Shown here in pieces: positions 11,691 to 22,853 of a DNA stretch of 64,000 nucleotides; within the stretch, counting starts at the first letter, position 1; each line of letters starts with the position of its first letter. A program made the translations under genes and the position numbers. This DNA is from an uncultured Spirochaetota bacterium (GTDB lineage Bacteria > Spirochaetota > Spirochaetia > SZUA-6 > Fen-1364), in assembly GCA_963745235.1 (NCBI GenBank), contig CAVUXE010000099.1, positions 64,001 through 128,000 on the forward strand, written 5' to 3'. The notes beneath the pieces were generated by a model. It ran no database searches, was not told the origin of the DNA, and worked only from the letters and a program-made list of their open reading frames with translations.

Positions 11691-12167
11691 TTGTACGCGG
11701 AGAGCCTTGAAAAATCGGTGCGAGAAGTCGTTGAGCCCCTGCTGACAGGGCTGGGGTTTTCGCTTGTGGACCTTTCAATCGCCAGGCTTTCCGGCTCCAC
11801 TCGCGTCAACGTCGTCATCTACCGAAAAGAAGGCGTCGGCGTTGATGAATGCGCCGACATCTCCGGCATGCTCTTCCCCCGGCTGGAAACCATCGACGTC
11901 CTGGCGAACCCGAGCCTGGAGGTGAGCTCACCCGGCATAGACCGCACCATCCGCAGACCGTCTGAATATGCCGTCTTTCGGGGGCGCGGAGTCCGAATCC
12001 TTGCGGGGGACGACACTGAGTGGACGGGTGGAATCATCGACCGGGTGGAGGAAGGGACGTTGTGGTTGCGGAAAGGAAGAGAGATCCGCGGGTTCGCGAT
12101 TTCCGGGATCCGGAAGGCGCGACTGGACTATTCTGTGGAGGTTGAGGAAACAAAAAATGCAGTCTGA
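11691..12167 (+). CDS. rimP: Ribosome maturation factor RimP
   Basis: GVGVDECADIS, LEVSSPGIDR, IRKARL; upstream of nusA. Confidence 0.93.
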   Translation: MYAESLEKSVREVVEPLLTGLGFSLVDLSIARLSGSTRVNVVIYRKEGVGVDECADISGMLFPRLETIDVLANPSLEVSSPGIDRTIRRPSEYAVFRGRGVRILAGDDTEWTGGIIDRVEEGTLWLRKGREIRGFAISGIRKARLDYSVEVEETKNAV

Positions 12168-13943
12168 TTTGGCGCAGGCAATCAAGCAGCTCGTGCAGGA
12201 ACGGGGGATCCCGGAAGATCTCGTCATGAGCACGATAGAGAACTTCCTGCTCGCTGCATACAAGAAGAAATACGGGGTCGTTGACAACGCGGTGGTCCGC
12301 TTCAGCGATGACGGCACCGAGGTCACCCTGTTCGCAAAGAAGAAGATCGTCCTGGATGACGACCTGGAGGATCCCGTCTACGAGATCCCTCTCGTCGAGG
12401 CCCTGGAGCTGAACGAAGATTGCGAAGTCGGTGACGAGCTGCTGATCGAGATCAATCCGAAGGAGTTCGACCGGGTCTCGGTGCAGAGCGCCAAGCAGAA
12501 GGCCCGCCAGAGCCTGCGGGAGATCCAGAAGGACACCCTGTACTCCGAGTTCAAGGACAAAGTCGGAGAAATGATCATCGGCTACTACCAGAGGGAGAGA
12601 AACGGAAACATCTACGTGGACCTCGGAAAGACCGAGGGCATCTTACCCAAGAAGTACCAGTCTCCCCGGGAGATCTATCATCCGAACGACCGCATCAAGG
12701 CCCTCATCTACGAGGTCGTGAAGACCCCGACGGGGCTCCAGATAGTGCTGTCCCGCAACCACGCGGAGTTCGTGAAGAAGATCTTCGAGCTGGAAGTGCC
12801 GGAGATCTACGACAAGACCATAGAGATCTCGAAGATCGTGCGTGAGCCGGGCTACCGGACCAAGATCGCGGTCCGCTCCACCCGTGAGGACGTTGATCCG
12901 GTTGGAGCGTGCGTCGGATTGAAAGGGGTGCGCATCCAGGCGGTCGTGCGTGAGCTGGAAGGGGAGAAGATCGACATCCTGCGATACTCCATTGACTCGC
13001 GCAGCTTCATCAAGAACGCCCTTTCCCCGGCGGAGGTGAACCAGGTGGTCATCCTGGACGAAGCCAAGAAGCTGGCCCTGGCCATCGTTCCGGACGCCGC
13101 AGTTCTCGCTTGCCATCGGAAAGCAGGGCTTGAACGTTCGTCTTGCCAACAGGCTGACGGACTGGAACATCGACGTGAAGACGGAGACCCAGTTCTCCGA
13201 GATGGACATCTCCGCGGAGGCCAAGCGCGCGGTCTCGGCGCTGTTCGGGGAAACGGAAGAGGAAATCCAGAAGATTTCCGAGCTTCCCGGCATCTCCCAG
13301 CGACTGGTGGAGATCCTGGAAAAAGACAACATTGCCGACATCGAGAGCCTTGTGGCCCTGAGCCCCGAGCAGCTTGCGGCGCTGGAAGGAATCACCGCGG
13401 AGGACATCCAGACCATCCACAAGATCATTGAAGAGAACGTGGAGATCGTGGAGGAGGAGCAGGCTCCGGCCGCGGAAGAGGAAAATCTCGAAGCGGAGGA
13501 AGCCGCCGCGGAAGAGACTGAAGGGCAGGAGCAGGGCGCGGCCGATGCGGAGGCTGGGGAAAGCGCTGAGGCGGCCGAGGCTTCTCAGGCAGCGGCGGGA
13601 AGCGCCGTCTCTGAGGCGCCGGCGGAGCCGGCCGCGGAGGACACGCCAGAGGAAGATACCTACGAATGTCCGGAATGCGGGACGCCAATCACGCCGGACA
13701 TGGCTACTTGTCCAAATTGCGGCGTCGGTTTAACCTTCGAGGACGACGCTGATGAAACGCCTTCGGCGCCCGAGGGGAAGGCCAGCAATGAGTCATCGGG
13801 CCCGGCCGCGCGGCCGGATCCGCCGAGGGGAAGCGCTAGGAGCGCACAGGGAAGCGCTAAGGCGCTTAAAAGAAGCGCCGGGGCGCCCAACAAGGCGCCC
13901 GAAAGCGCAGAGAGAAGCGCCAGAGGCGCCTAGGGGAGAGTAA
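12157..13943 (+). CDS. nusA: Transcription factor NusA with acidic linker, C-terminal zinc ribbon and repeat tail (frameshift ~13098; stop at 13933, or 13943 if GGGG 13827-13830 is one base too long)
   Basis: SAKQ, S1 domain, REPGYRTKIAV, DPVGACVGLKGVRI, SLAIGKQGLNVRLA. Confidence 0.96.
13823..13940 (+). repeat. Degenerate 21-bp tandem repeat (core GAAGCGC) at the 3' end of nusA
   Basis: Frame ending at TAA 13943 reads RGEALGA HREALRR LKEAPGR PTRRPKA QREAPEA PRGE. Confidence 0.75.
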
Positions 13944-13953
13944 GAGAGCAGGT

Positions 13954-16630
13954 ATGCCCGAGGAACTGGACAGCAGGAAGAAACTCAAGACCACCCTGAT
14001 CAAGCACAAAAAGATCGAGGAGGAGGCTCCGCTCGTCGTGGAAGAGCCCTCCGAAAAGAAGAAGGTCGTGGTGGTGAAGAAGAAGGTCGTAGTGGTTGCC
14101 AAGAAGTCTGTCCATAAGGCCGTCCAGGAGCCGCCCAGGGAAGCACCCTCCGCGGCCAGGGAAGCCCTCGGAGAGACCCGGGAAGCGCCACGTTCGCCCA
14201 AAGAAGCGCTGGGTGCGCCCCGGGAAGCATCTGGAGCGCCCAGGGAAGCGCCTGGGCCCGAGATCAAGCGCGAGCCCCAGAGCCAGACCCCACGGGTTAC
14301 GGTTCGAACCCCTCCATCACCGCGTGCAGAGGAGGCCCCAGCCGCTCCCCGCAGGGAGGAGCACTCTCCTCGCCCGGCGGCGCCGGTGCCCGCGCGCCCC
14401 GCTGCTGCCCGGCCCGGGATCACGCCTCCAGCGCCTGCAAGGCCCACTTCAGCTCCCGCCGCCTCGGCTCCGGAGGCTCACAGGCCTCGCTTCATGCCGG
14501 CTGACAAGGGCACTGAGCCCCGACCGTCAGTCAGGGAGAGCGTGCGGGAAAAGATGCGGCTTACCCCCCTCCCGCCGCGCACGGGTGGCGCTCCGTCGCG
14601 CCAGGGACCCGGCGGACCGCCCAGTCACGGCGGCCCAAGACCGGGCGGCAGGCCTCCCGCCCGGCCGCAGAGCGCGGGCGGACCAGGTGGCCCTCCGCGC
14701 ACGGATGACAAGAAGCCGCCGGCCAAGAAGTTCTTCTCCAAGGCAAAGAAGAAGATCGAATACCCGAAGAGGAAGCACGATCAGCCCGAAGAGAAGTACC
14801 TGCAAGTAAAGAAAAAGACCGTGGTCATGGCGAATCCCGTCCCCAAGGAGATCTCGATCACCGAGGGGATCACTGTCTCCGAGCTCGCCCGCAAGATGAA
14901 CCTCAAGGGCTCCGACCTCATCCAGAAGCTCATGGGGATGGGGATGATGGTGACCATCAACCAGCAGATCGACTCCGACACGGCGTCCCTGCTGGCCGCG
15001 GAGTACGACTGCAAGGTCAACGTGGTCTCCCTCTACGATGAGACCGTCATCGAGGAAGAGAAGGAAAAAGAGGAGGACCTCAAGCCCCGGCCTCCCATCG
15101 TCACGATCATGGGGCATGTCGACCACGGCAAGACGAAGCTCCTTGACGCCATCCGGAGCGCGAACGTGGCGGAAGGGGAATACGGCGGCATCACCCAGCA
15201 CATCGGGGCATACACCGTGGACCTCCCCCAGGGAAGAATCGTCTTCCTCGACACCCCGGGCCACGAAGCGTTCACCATGATGCGCGCGCGGGGCGCCCAG
15301 GTCACCGACATCGTCGTGCTGGTCGTGTCAGCCGTGGACGGCGTGATGCCCCAGACAATAGAGGCAATCAATCACGCCAAGCAGGCGAAAGTGCCCATCA
15401 TCGTTGCGGTGAACAAGGTGGACCTCCCGGAAGCCAACGTGGACCTCGTGAAGAAGCAGCTCACCGAGCAGGGCCTTGCCCCCGAGGACTGGGGCGGAAC
15501 CACCATCTACAACGAGGTCTCCGCTCTCAAGAAGACCGGCATAAAGGAGCTCCTGGAAAGCATCCTGCTGCAGAGCGAGATCCTGGAGCTTCGAGCCAGC
15601 TACGCGAGCAGGGCATCGGGGATAGTCCTGGAGTCGCGCGTGGACATGGGCCGTGGAATCGTGGCGACCGTTATCCTTCAGCGGGGAACGCTCAAAGCGG
15701 GGGATTCCTTCGTGGCAGGGATCTACTCAGGCAAGGTGCGGGCAATCTTCAACGACAAGGGAGAGAAGATCACGGAGGCCACGCCGTCGCTTCCCGTGGA
15801 GGTCATCGGGTTCACGAGCATCCCCAACGCGGGAGATCCGTTCCAGGTGACGGATTCCGAGCAGACCGCCAAGACCATCGGCAGCAAGCGCCAGGAGCTC
15901 CGGAAGCTCGAAGAGATGAAGAGCGTCAAGAAAGTGACGCTGGACAACCTCTACGAGCAGATCAAGGAAGGCCAGATCCAGGGGCTGAATGTCATCATCA
16001 AGGCGGACGTGGCCGGGTCAGTGGAAGCGTTGAAGTCCTCCCTGGAGAGGCTGTCCACCGCGGAAGTCAAGCTGGAGGTCATCCATGCGGCTGCCGGGGC
16101 AATCAACGAGGGTGACGTCCTCCTTGCCTCCACCTCCAACGCCCTGATCGTCGGGTTCCACGTGCGGCCCAGCGCGGCGGCCCAGAGCCTGGCTGACCGG
16201 GAGAAAGTGGAGATCCGCAAGTACAACATCATCTACGACGCCCTGGAAGACATTCGATCCGCCATGGAGGGCATGCTGAAGCCCGAGCTGCGGGAAGAGC
16301 AGATCGGGACCATCGAGGTTCGCAATACCTTCAAGATCCCGAAGGTGGGCACCATCGCCGGCTGCTTCGTGACATCCGGGCAAGGTACGGCGGGGCTCGG
16401 ACGTCCACCTGATCCGTGACGGCGTGGAGATCTGGAAGGGAAAGATCTCCTCCCTCAAGAGGTTCAAGGACGACGCACGCGAGGTGGAGACGGGATTCGA
16501 ATGCGGTATCGGTCTCGAAGGCTTCCACGAAATCAAGGAAGGCGACACACTCGAGGCGTACGAAACGCATGAGCTCGCCAGAAAGCTCGAGGGGAGCCGG
16601 GATGGCGGAAGTAAGGCTTCGGCGAATTGA
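13954..16630 (+). CDS. infB: Translation initiation factor IF-2 (frameshift ~16380)
   Basis: [48 protein letters not shown]. Confidence 0.98.
14134..14259 (+). repeat. Six degenerate 21-bp units in the infB N-terminal region
   Basis: [42 protein letters not shown]. Confidence 0.85.
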
Positions 16631-16949
16631 GAGCCTCCTCCGTGAAGAGATCTGCTCCATGATCTTTCAGGGGGAAATCAAGGATCCGCGGGTAGAGCGG
16701 CTCACGACGGTCACAGAGGTGAACGTGTCTCGCGACCTCGGCCATGCCAAGGTCTGGGTTTCCCGCTTCGGGGACAGGGCGGCTGTGGCCCAGAGCGTGG
16801 AAGCGCTCAACCACGCGGCGGGTTTCATCCAGACCGTCCTTTCCAAGCGCATGTCGCTGCGCATCTTTCCCCGGCTCACCTTCCTCGTGGATGACTCCAT
16901 GGAAAACGGGTTCCGCATCGCAAAAAAGCTTCGGGACGTCATGAGTTGA
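16602..16949 (+). CDS. rbfA: Ribosome-binding factor A
   Basis: [39 protein letters not shown]. Confidence 0.95.
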   Translation: MAEVRLRRIESLLREEICSMIFQGEIKDPRVERLTTVTEVNVSRDLGHAKVWVSRFGDRAAVAQSVEALNHAAGFIQTVLSKRMSLRIFPRLTFLVDDSMENGFRIAKKLRDVMS

Positions 16950-17821
16950 TCGAAGGTATCATCCTTCTCGACAAGCCGCGGGGACAGACTTCATTCCAGG
17001 CGCTCTCTGAAATCAAGCGGAAGCTCGGCACGCGAAGGGTAGGGCACGCCGGGACCCTCGACAGCTTCGCAGACGGCCTCCTGGTAGTCCTGGCGGGGAG
17101 GATGACCAGGCTCGCCGGCCTGGCGACCGCTATGGACAAGGAGTACCTGGCAACCGTCACTTTCGGACGGCAGACGGATACCCTTGACCCGGAAGGCGAA
17201 GTCGTTTGCGAAGGTCCGGTCCCGCTCCGGAATGCCGTGGAGGCCGCCCTGCCAGCTTTCACGGGACGCATGCTCCAGGTCCCGCCCGCCTATTCCGCGG
17301 TCCACGTGGGGGGAAGACGCGCGTACGAAGCCGCGCGAAGCGGGGAGACGGTCGTCATCGCTCCTCGAGAAGTCACCATCCACAGCTTGAGCCTCGTCTC
17401 ATTCACCCCGCCGCTTGCCACGCTTCATGTCGTTTGCTCAAAGGGGACTTACATCCGTTCCCTGGCCCGTGACCTGGCGTCGAGGCTCTCAACCTGCGCC
17501 TTCGTGTCGCAGCTTCGAAGGACACGAATCGGCGGATTCCGCGTGGAGGAGGCAAGAGCCCCGGTAGACTTCGACCCGACACGGGACCTCCTGTCTCCCG
17601 CCATGTTTTTCCCAGGGCTGCAACGGCTTTCCCTGCGGGAGGAGTGGCAGGAGAAAGCGAGCCGAGGTGTGCCCATCAGGGACTGCTTCTTCCTGGATCC
17701 CCCGGCGCAGGACGGCGTCTACGGGGCCTTTGGCAGGCGCGGAGAGCTGGTGGCGGTCCTCGAGAAGCGAGGGGTGAGCTATCGCTACGCCGCGACTTTC
17801 CCGGCGGGAGAGGCGGTGTGA
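16946..17821 (+). CDS. truB: tRNA pseudouridine(55) synthase
   Basis: VGHAGTLD, QVPPAYSAV, CSKGTYIRSLARD. Confidence 0.96.
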   Translation: MIEGIILLDKPRGQTSFQALSEIKRKLGTRRVGHAGTLDSFADGLLVVLAGRMTRLAGLATAMDKEYLATVTFGRQTDTLDPEGEVVCEGPVPLRNAVEAALPAFTGRMLQVPPAYSAVHVGGRRAYEAARSGETVVIAPREVTIHSLSLVSFTPPLATLHVVCSKGTYIRSLARDLASRLSTCAFVSQLRRTRIGGFRVEEARAPVDFDPTRDLLSPAMFFPGLQRLSLREEWQEKASRGVPIRDCFFLDPPAQDGVYGAFGRRGELVAVLEKRGVSYRYAATFPAGEAV

Positions 17822-18600
17822 GAATCGTGCCGTGGACCGATCTCCTGGATGGCCGGCAGACGATACAGGAGCCGGTCCGTCTCACGATCGGGGTGTTTGA
17901 CGGCCTTCACCTCGGGCACCGGGAGCTCATGCGGGCCATCACCAGCGGCCCCCCTCCGGGCAGCGCGCTTGTCGTAACGTTTCCCAGGAACCCGGTTCAG
18001 ATCCTCGCGCCGTCGCGTTTTCCGGGGCTCATCCTCAGCTACCGCCAGAAGCTGTCCCGGCTGTCGGAGCTGGGCGTCGACGCGGTTGTGGCAATTGACT
18101 TTTCCGATGAAATGAGTAATCTTTCCGGAAGGGTTTTCATCGGCCTGCTGAGGGACAGCTTAAACATCGAGAAAATAGTCATCGGTGATAACTTTCGCTT
18201 CGGGAAGAGCAGAGAGGCCGGTTCCGGCGACCTGAAAGAGATGCTTTTCGATACCGGGATCGAAGTGCAGGTCAGTCCGCCTGTCCTCCGTGACAACGCC
18301 ATCGTATCCAGCTCCCGTATCAGGAAAACCATCCAGGAGGCGGATTTTGCGGAGGCGCGGGAAATGCTGCTGGCGGATTACAGCCTCGACCTCCGCGGTA
18401 TCACCGGCCGCCCGGAAGGCGCTGGCGCAGCGCGGTACAGCCGCTCAGATATCGAGCAGGTGCTGCCGCGGCCAGGCAGGTATGACGTGAGGCTCCGGTG
18501 CGGTGGAAGACAGCGTGACGGGGAGCTCCTGGTTTCTGATGATTCGATCCTGCTCGATCCCGGCGTCGGGAAGCAAATAGAGGCGGTCACATTCCACTGA
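17818..18600 (+). CDS. ribF: FAD synthetase-like protein (FMN adenylyltransferase with divergent C-terminal domain)
   Basis: [26 protein letters not shown]; GTGA overlap with truB. Confidence 0.88.
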   Translation: MRIVPWTDLLDGRQTIQEPVRLTIGVFDGLHLGHRELMRAITSGPPPGSALVVTFPRNPVQILAPSRFPGLILSYRQKLSRLSELGVDAVVAIDFSDEMSNLSGRVFIGLLRDSLNIEKIVIGDNFRFGKSREAGSGDLKEMLFDTGIEVQVSPPVLRDNAIVSSSRIRKTIQEADFAEAREMLLADYSLDLRGITGRPEGAGAARYSRSDIEQVLPRPGRYDVRLRCGGRQRDGELLVSDDSILLDPGVGKQIEAVTFH

Positions 18601-18616
18601 AAGGAGAATCGGATAC

Positions 18617-18886
18617 ATGCCACTGACAAAGGAAAAAAAGGAAGAAGTAATCAAGACTTTCGGAGCGAACGAAAAGGATACGGGGGCGACAGAGGTCCAG
18701 ATTGCTCTTCTCACCAAACGCATTGATGAGCTGACGGAGCATTTCAAGAGACACCCCAAGGACAACAATTCCCGGCGGGGCCTCCTGATGCTCGTCGGCC
18801 AGCGGCGCAGGTTGCTCGCGTATCTGAGGAAGAGAAACCTCACAAAATACCGCGAGATCATCGAGCGCCTCAACCTGCGCAAGTAA
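18617..18886 (+). CDS. rpsO: 30S ribosomal protein S15
   Basis: [25 protein letters not shown]; RBS AAGGAG. Confidence 0.99.
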   Translation: MPLTKEKKEEVIKTFGANEKDTGATEVQIALLTKRIDELTEHFKRHPKDNNSRRGLLMLVGQRRRLLAYLRKRNLTKYREIIERLNLRK

Positions 18887-18906
18887 GCGCAAAGGCAAGG
18901 ACACAC

Positions 18907-21147
18907 ATGGAACATCGTGTGACATTCAAAATCGGGGAAGAGGAGCTGATCCTGGAGACGGGAAAGATGGCCAAGCAGGCCAACGGCGCCGTCTTTGCCC
19001 GGCTGGGCGGCTCGGCGGTGCTGGCCACGGCCTGCTGCGCGAGCAACGAAAAAGAGGATCTGGACTTCATCCCCTTGTCGGTGGACTACATAGAGAAGTA
19101 CTACGCCGCGGGAAAGATCCCCGGCGGGTTCATCAAGCGTGAAGGCAGGCCCAAGGACAAGGAAGTCCTCGTCTCACGGCTCATCGACAGGCCCATTCGG
19201 CCCCTGTTCTCCAAGCTCTTCCGGCGGGAGATCCAGGTCATCCCCATGGCCATCTCCACTGACCAGGTCAATCCGCCCGACATCCTTGCAATGAACGCGG
19301 CCTCCGCCGCAATCACCATTTCCGACATTCCGTTCGAAGGGCCCATCGGAGCCGTCCGCATGGGGTACGTGAACGGCGTGCTGGTGGTCAACCCGACTTT
19401 CGACCAGCTGGATGAGAGCACGATAGACCTGGTGGTGGCCGGGACGGCCAAGGGCATCACCATGGTGGAAGGCGGGTCACGGCAGGTGCCCGAGGCGCTC
19501 ATCATCGAGGCCATCGAGAAGGCGCACGTGAACATCCGGGAGTTGTGCCGGATCCAGCTCGAGCTGGCCCAGAAGGCCGGCAAGAAGAAGCTTCCGCTCA
19601 TCGAGAAGCCCTCCACGTTCACCATGGGAGCAGAGGTGCGAAGCTGGGCTTTCGAAAAGCTGAACGCGGCCTGCTTCGTGAAGGGCAAGGAAGAGCGCGC
19701 CAAGGCCATCAGGGCGGTGCGGGACCAGGCGCAGGCGTTCTTCGCGAGCCGCCTGGCGGAGACCGACATCCGTCCGTTCAAGGCGCTCTTCGAGGACATG
19801 GAGCAGGAGATCCTTCGACAGTCCATCGCGGAAAGAGGGCTTCGCACGGACGGAAGGAAGCCGGACCAGATCCGCCCCATCACCTGCGAGATCGATGTCC
19901 TTCCGCGCACGCACGGCTCCGCCCTTTTCACCCGCGGAGAGACGCAGGCGCTCGTGGTCACCACCCTGGGGACCGCCCTTGATGAGCAGATCATGGACAA
20001 CATAGACGGGGACAGCAAGAAGAGCTTCATGCTGCACTACAATTTCCCGCCGTTCTCCGTCGGGGAAGTGGGAAGGCTCGGGTCCCCCGGGCGCCGCGAG
20101 ATCGGCCACGGGCACCTTGCAGAGCGCGCAATCCAGATGGTCCTGCCGGCCAAGGAAAACTTCCCGTACACCGTTCGGATCGTGTCAGAGATCCTCGAAT
20201 CCAACGGCTCTTCCTCCATGGCGACGGTGTGCGGAAGCACGCTGAGCCTGCTCAACGCGGGCGTACGGATCATCAAGCCCGTTGCCGGAATAGCGATGGG
20301 CCTGGTCAAGGAGGGTGACAAGTTCGTCGTCCTCAGCGACATCCTGGGAGAGGAAGACCACCTGGGAGACATGGACTTCAAGGTGGCGGGCACCGAAGAC
20401 GGGATCACCGCCCTCCAGATGGACATCAAGATCGAGGGAGTCAGCGCGGAGATACTGCAGAAGGCACTCGGCCAGGCCCATGACGGACGCATGCACATAC
20501 TGTCCATCATGAACCAGACCATCTCCCAGCCCCGAAGCGACATCTCGGATTTCGCGCCCAAGGTCATCTCCATCCGCGTTCCCACGGAGAAGATCGGCCT
20601 GATCATCGGCCCGGGCGGAAAGAACATCAAGGGCATGAGCGAGAAGACCGGCTCCCAGATCAACATCGATGACGACGGCATGGTGACCATCTACAACCGC
20701 CAGAAAGACGGGGCTGAGAAGGCCCAGAAAATGGTCGAGTCGCTCGTCGAAGAGGCGGTGGTGGGCAAGGTGTACACCGGCCCCGTGAAGAGGATCATGG
20801 ATTTCGGCGCCTTCGTTGAGATCCTCCCGGGCAAGGAAGGCCTTGTTCACATATCCAAGCTGGCGGCAACCCGCGTGGAGCACGTGAGCGACGTCGTGAA
20901 GGAAGGCCAGGTGCTGACCGTCAAGGTCACGGAGATCGACCACATGGGCCGGATCAACCTTGCCACCCTGGAAGCCCTGGAGGCAAACCCGGGTCTCATG
21001 ACGGAAAAGACTGAACGACGGCCGCCGCGGCGGGACGGTGACAGACCCTTCCGGTCGGACCGCAGACCCGGAGGGCCCCGCGGGGATGGACCTCGAGGGG
21101 ACGGGCCGCGGGGCGGGGGGCCGCGCACGCACCGGAGAGATGGGTGA
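18907..21147 (+). CDS. pnp: Polyribonucleotide nucleotidyltransferase
   Basis: GKIPGGFIKREG, RTHGSALFTRGETQ, SNGSSSMA, GDMDFKVAG, KH and S1 domains. Confidence 0.99.
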   Translation: MEHRVTFKIGEEELILETGKMAKQANGAVFARLGGSAVLATACCASNEKEDLDFIPLSVDYIEKYYAAGKIPGGFIKREGRPKDKEVLVSRLIDRPIRPLFSKLFRREIQVIPMAISTDQVNPPDILAMNAASAAITISDIPFEGPIGAVRMGYVNGVLVVNPTFDQLDESTIDLVVAGTAKGITMVEGGSRQVPEALIIEAIEKAHVNIRELCRIQLELAQKAGKKKLPLIEKPSTFTMGAEVRSWAFEKLNAACFVKGKEERAKAIRAVRDQAQAFFASRLAETDIRPFKALFEDMEQEILRQSIAERGLRTDGRKPDQIRPITCEIDVLPRTHGSALFTRGETQALVVTTLGTALDEQIMDNIDGDSKKSFMLHYNFPPFSVGEVGRLGSPGRREIGHGHLAERAIQMVLPAKENFPYTVRIVSEILESNGSSSMATVCGSTLSLLNAGVRIIKPVAGIAMGLVKEGDKFVVLSDILGEEDHLGDMDFKVAGTEDGITALQMDIKIEGVSAEILQKALGQAHDGRMHILSIMNQTISQPRSDISDFAPKVISIRVPTEKIGLIIGPGGKNIKGMSEKTGSQINIDDDGMVTIYNRQKDGAEKAQKMVESLVEEAVVGKVYTGPVKRIMDFGAFVEILPGKEGLVHISKLAATRVEHVSDVVKEGQVLTVKVTEIDHMGRINLATLEALEANPGLMTEKTERRPPRRDGDRPFRSDRRPGGPRGDGPRGDGPRGGGPRTHRRDG

Positions 21148-22409
21148 TCCTCACGGAGAAGCTGGCGAATGGAGCGTCTCTGCTCCTGGAGCCGGTTGAC
21201 CGCACGGACACCCTCTGCATCGGTTTCTGGTTTCTCCACGGTTCCCGTGATGAAAGCTCGGGGGAAAGGGGCTACTCCCATTTCCTCGAGCATATGCTTT
21301 TCAAGGGGACCGCGCGGAGAAGCGCGCTTTCCATTGCGCAGGAGATAGACCGCGTCGGCGGCATCATCAACGCCTTCACGGAGAAAGAGTCAACCTGCGT
21401 CTACACGATCATTCCCAAGGAACAGCTACGGCTCGCATTTGACATCCTCTCGGACATGACCACCGGCTCCCTCCTGGACCAGGACGAAATGGAAAAGGAG
21501 AAGGCGGTCATCGTGAACGAGATCAGGTCCGTGGACGACTCACCGGAGGAAAAGGGGCACGACCGCTACCTGCGCGAGATGTGCGGTGACCACCCGCTCT
21601 CGCGGAAGATCACCGGCGAGGTGGAAGAGGTGCAGCAGATCTCCCAGGCAGACCTGCTGCGCTTCTACCGCGAAAAGCTCGTGCCGGAAAACACCATCAT
21701 CGCGGTTGCCGGCAACTTCTCGGTTGACGAGGTCCGTGACCTGGCAAAGGCCGTCTTCCCCGCTTCTGGCCGCGGTCATGACCCGGGGAAGCGCTCAACG
21801 CCGTCCTGGACCAGGAAAATCGCCGTTGTTTCGGACAGGTTCAACCAGGTCCAGGTCTACGCCGGCACCTGCTACCCGCTGAACCAGGAGCTTGCCCACT
21901 ACTACACGTCCCTCGTGTTCAGCACCGCCTTCGGTGAGTCCATGAGCTGCCGCCTCTTCCAGAAGCTGCGGGAGCAGCTGGGCTTGTGCTACACCGTGTA
22001 CGCCTTCCGCTCTTTCTTTTCCGATATCGGGATGTGGACCATTTACGCCAGCGCCACCCCCCAGCAGGTGCGCGCGCTCCTGGACGCCCTGGACGCGGAG
22101 CTGGCCCGGCTCCTCGCGGAGCCGCTCAGCCGCCAGGAGATAGACGACGCAAAGAGCCACATTGCGGGAAGCATGATACTCTCCAAGGAGGACATGGAGT
22201 CCCGCATGAAGAGGCTTGTCCGCCAGTTCGTGACCATGGGCAGGGTGCTTGAGTTCGACGAATCTCTGGGAGCTCTTCGCGGCGTTTCCGACGCCGATAT
22301 CGAAGAGTTCGCCCGCAAATGCCTGCGGCGGGACGCCTTCAGCATGCTTGCCTACGGCACGCGCGGGCTCGGCAGCATGCGGAACTTCGATTTCAGTTTT
22401 CCGGGGTAA
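21144..22409 (+). CDS. M16 family zinc peptidase
   Basis: HFLEHMLFKGT (HxxEH), INAFTEKE, LFQKLREQLGLCY. Confidence 0.93.
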   Translation: MILTEKLANGASLLLEPVDRTDTLCIGFWFLHGSRDESSGERGYSHFLEHMLFKGTARRSALSIAQEIDRVGGIINAFTEKESTCVYTIIPKEQLRLAFDILSDMTTGSLLDQDEMEKEKAVIVNEIRSVDDSPEEKGHDRYLREMCGDHPLSRKITGEVEEVQQISQADLLRFYREKLVPENTIIAVAGNFSVDEVRDLAKAVFPASGRGHDPGKRSTPSWTRKIAVVSDRFNQVQVYAGTCYPLNQELAHYYTSLVFSTAFGESMSCRLFQKLREQLGLCYTVYAFRSFFSDIGMWTIYASATPQQVRALLDALDAELARLLAEPLSRQEIDDAKSHIAGSMILSKEDMESRMKRLVRQFVTMGRVLEFDESLGALRGVSDADIEEFARKCLRRDAFSMLAYGTRGLGSMRNFDFSFPG

Positions 22410-22415
22410 GAGGCC

Positions 22416-22853
22416 GTGGATATTCCCGTGGTCCGTTGCTCTGTTTCGGGCGGTTCCCTGCCTGAGTACAAGTCCGCGGGCGCTTCCGGCGCGGACCTGT
22501 GCGCGCTGCTCACCGAGGACCTCGTCCTGAAGCCAGGGATGCGCGCGCTGGTGCCAACCGGCGTCCGGCTGGAGATACCACGCGGGTTGGAGGGGCAGGT
22601 GCGGCCCCGGTCCGGGCTTGCCCTGCAGTCCGGGATCACCATCCTCAACTCGCCCGGCACGGTGGACTCCGACTATCGCGGCGAGCTCAAGATAATCCTG
22701 ATCAACCTGGGGGAAAGCGATTTCCGGGTACGAAACGGCGACAGGATTGCCCAGATAGTGTTCAGCCCCGTTGTCCGGGTCACCTTCCTGCGCCAGGATG
22801 AAATTGCTGCCACCACCAGGGGGAGCGGCGGGTTTGGCTCGACCGGGGTCTGA
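22416..22853 (+). CDS. dut: dUTP diphosphatase
   Basis: SGADL, RPRSGLA, GTVDSDYRGE, RIAQ, RGSGGFGSTG. Confidence 0.97.
   Translation: MDIPVVRCSVSGGSLPEYKSAGASGADLCALLTEDLVLKPGMRALVPTGVRLEIPRGLEGQVRPRSGLALQSGITILNSPGTVDSDYRGELKIILINLGESDFRVRNGDRIAQIVFSPVVRVTFLRQDEIAATTRGSGGFGSTGV

Noticed and set aside
11540-11818. N-terminal extension of the methyltransferase ORF to 11818
   Set aside because: It overlaps rimP, its promoter and its leader; recognisable protein begins near GTG 11539.
13823-14259. CRISPR-like array
   Set aside because: Units are degenerate, contiguous 21-mers within coding frames, with no spacers and no cas genes.
5400-16400. Pseudogenes or programmed frameshifting in bamA, nusA, infB and mutS
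   Set aside because: The genes are essential or highly conserved, residues are intact on both sides, and there is no shared slippery motif; sequencing error is simpler.
19101-21132. Long antisense or alternate-frame ORFs (e.g. opposite pnp, tgt, greA, the bEBP)
   Set aside because: Typical shadow ORFs of high-GC coding DNA, with no motifs.
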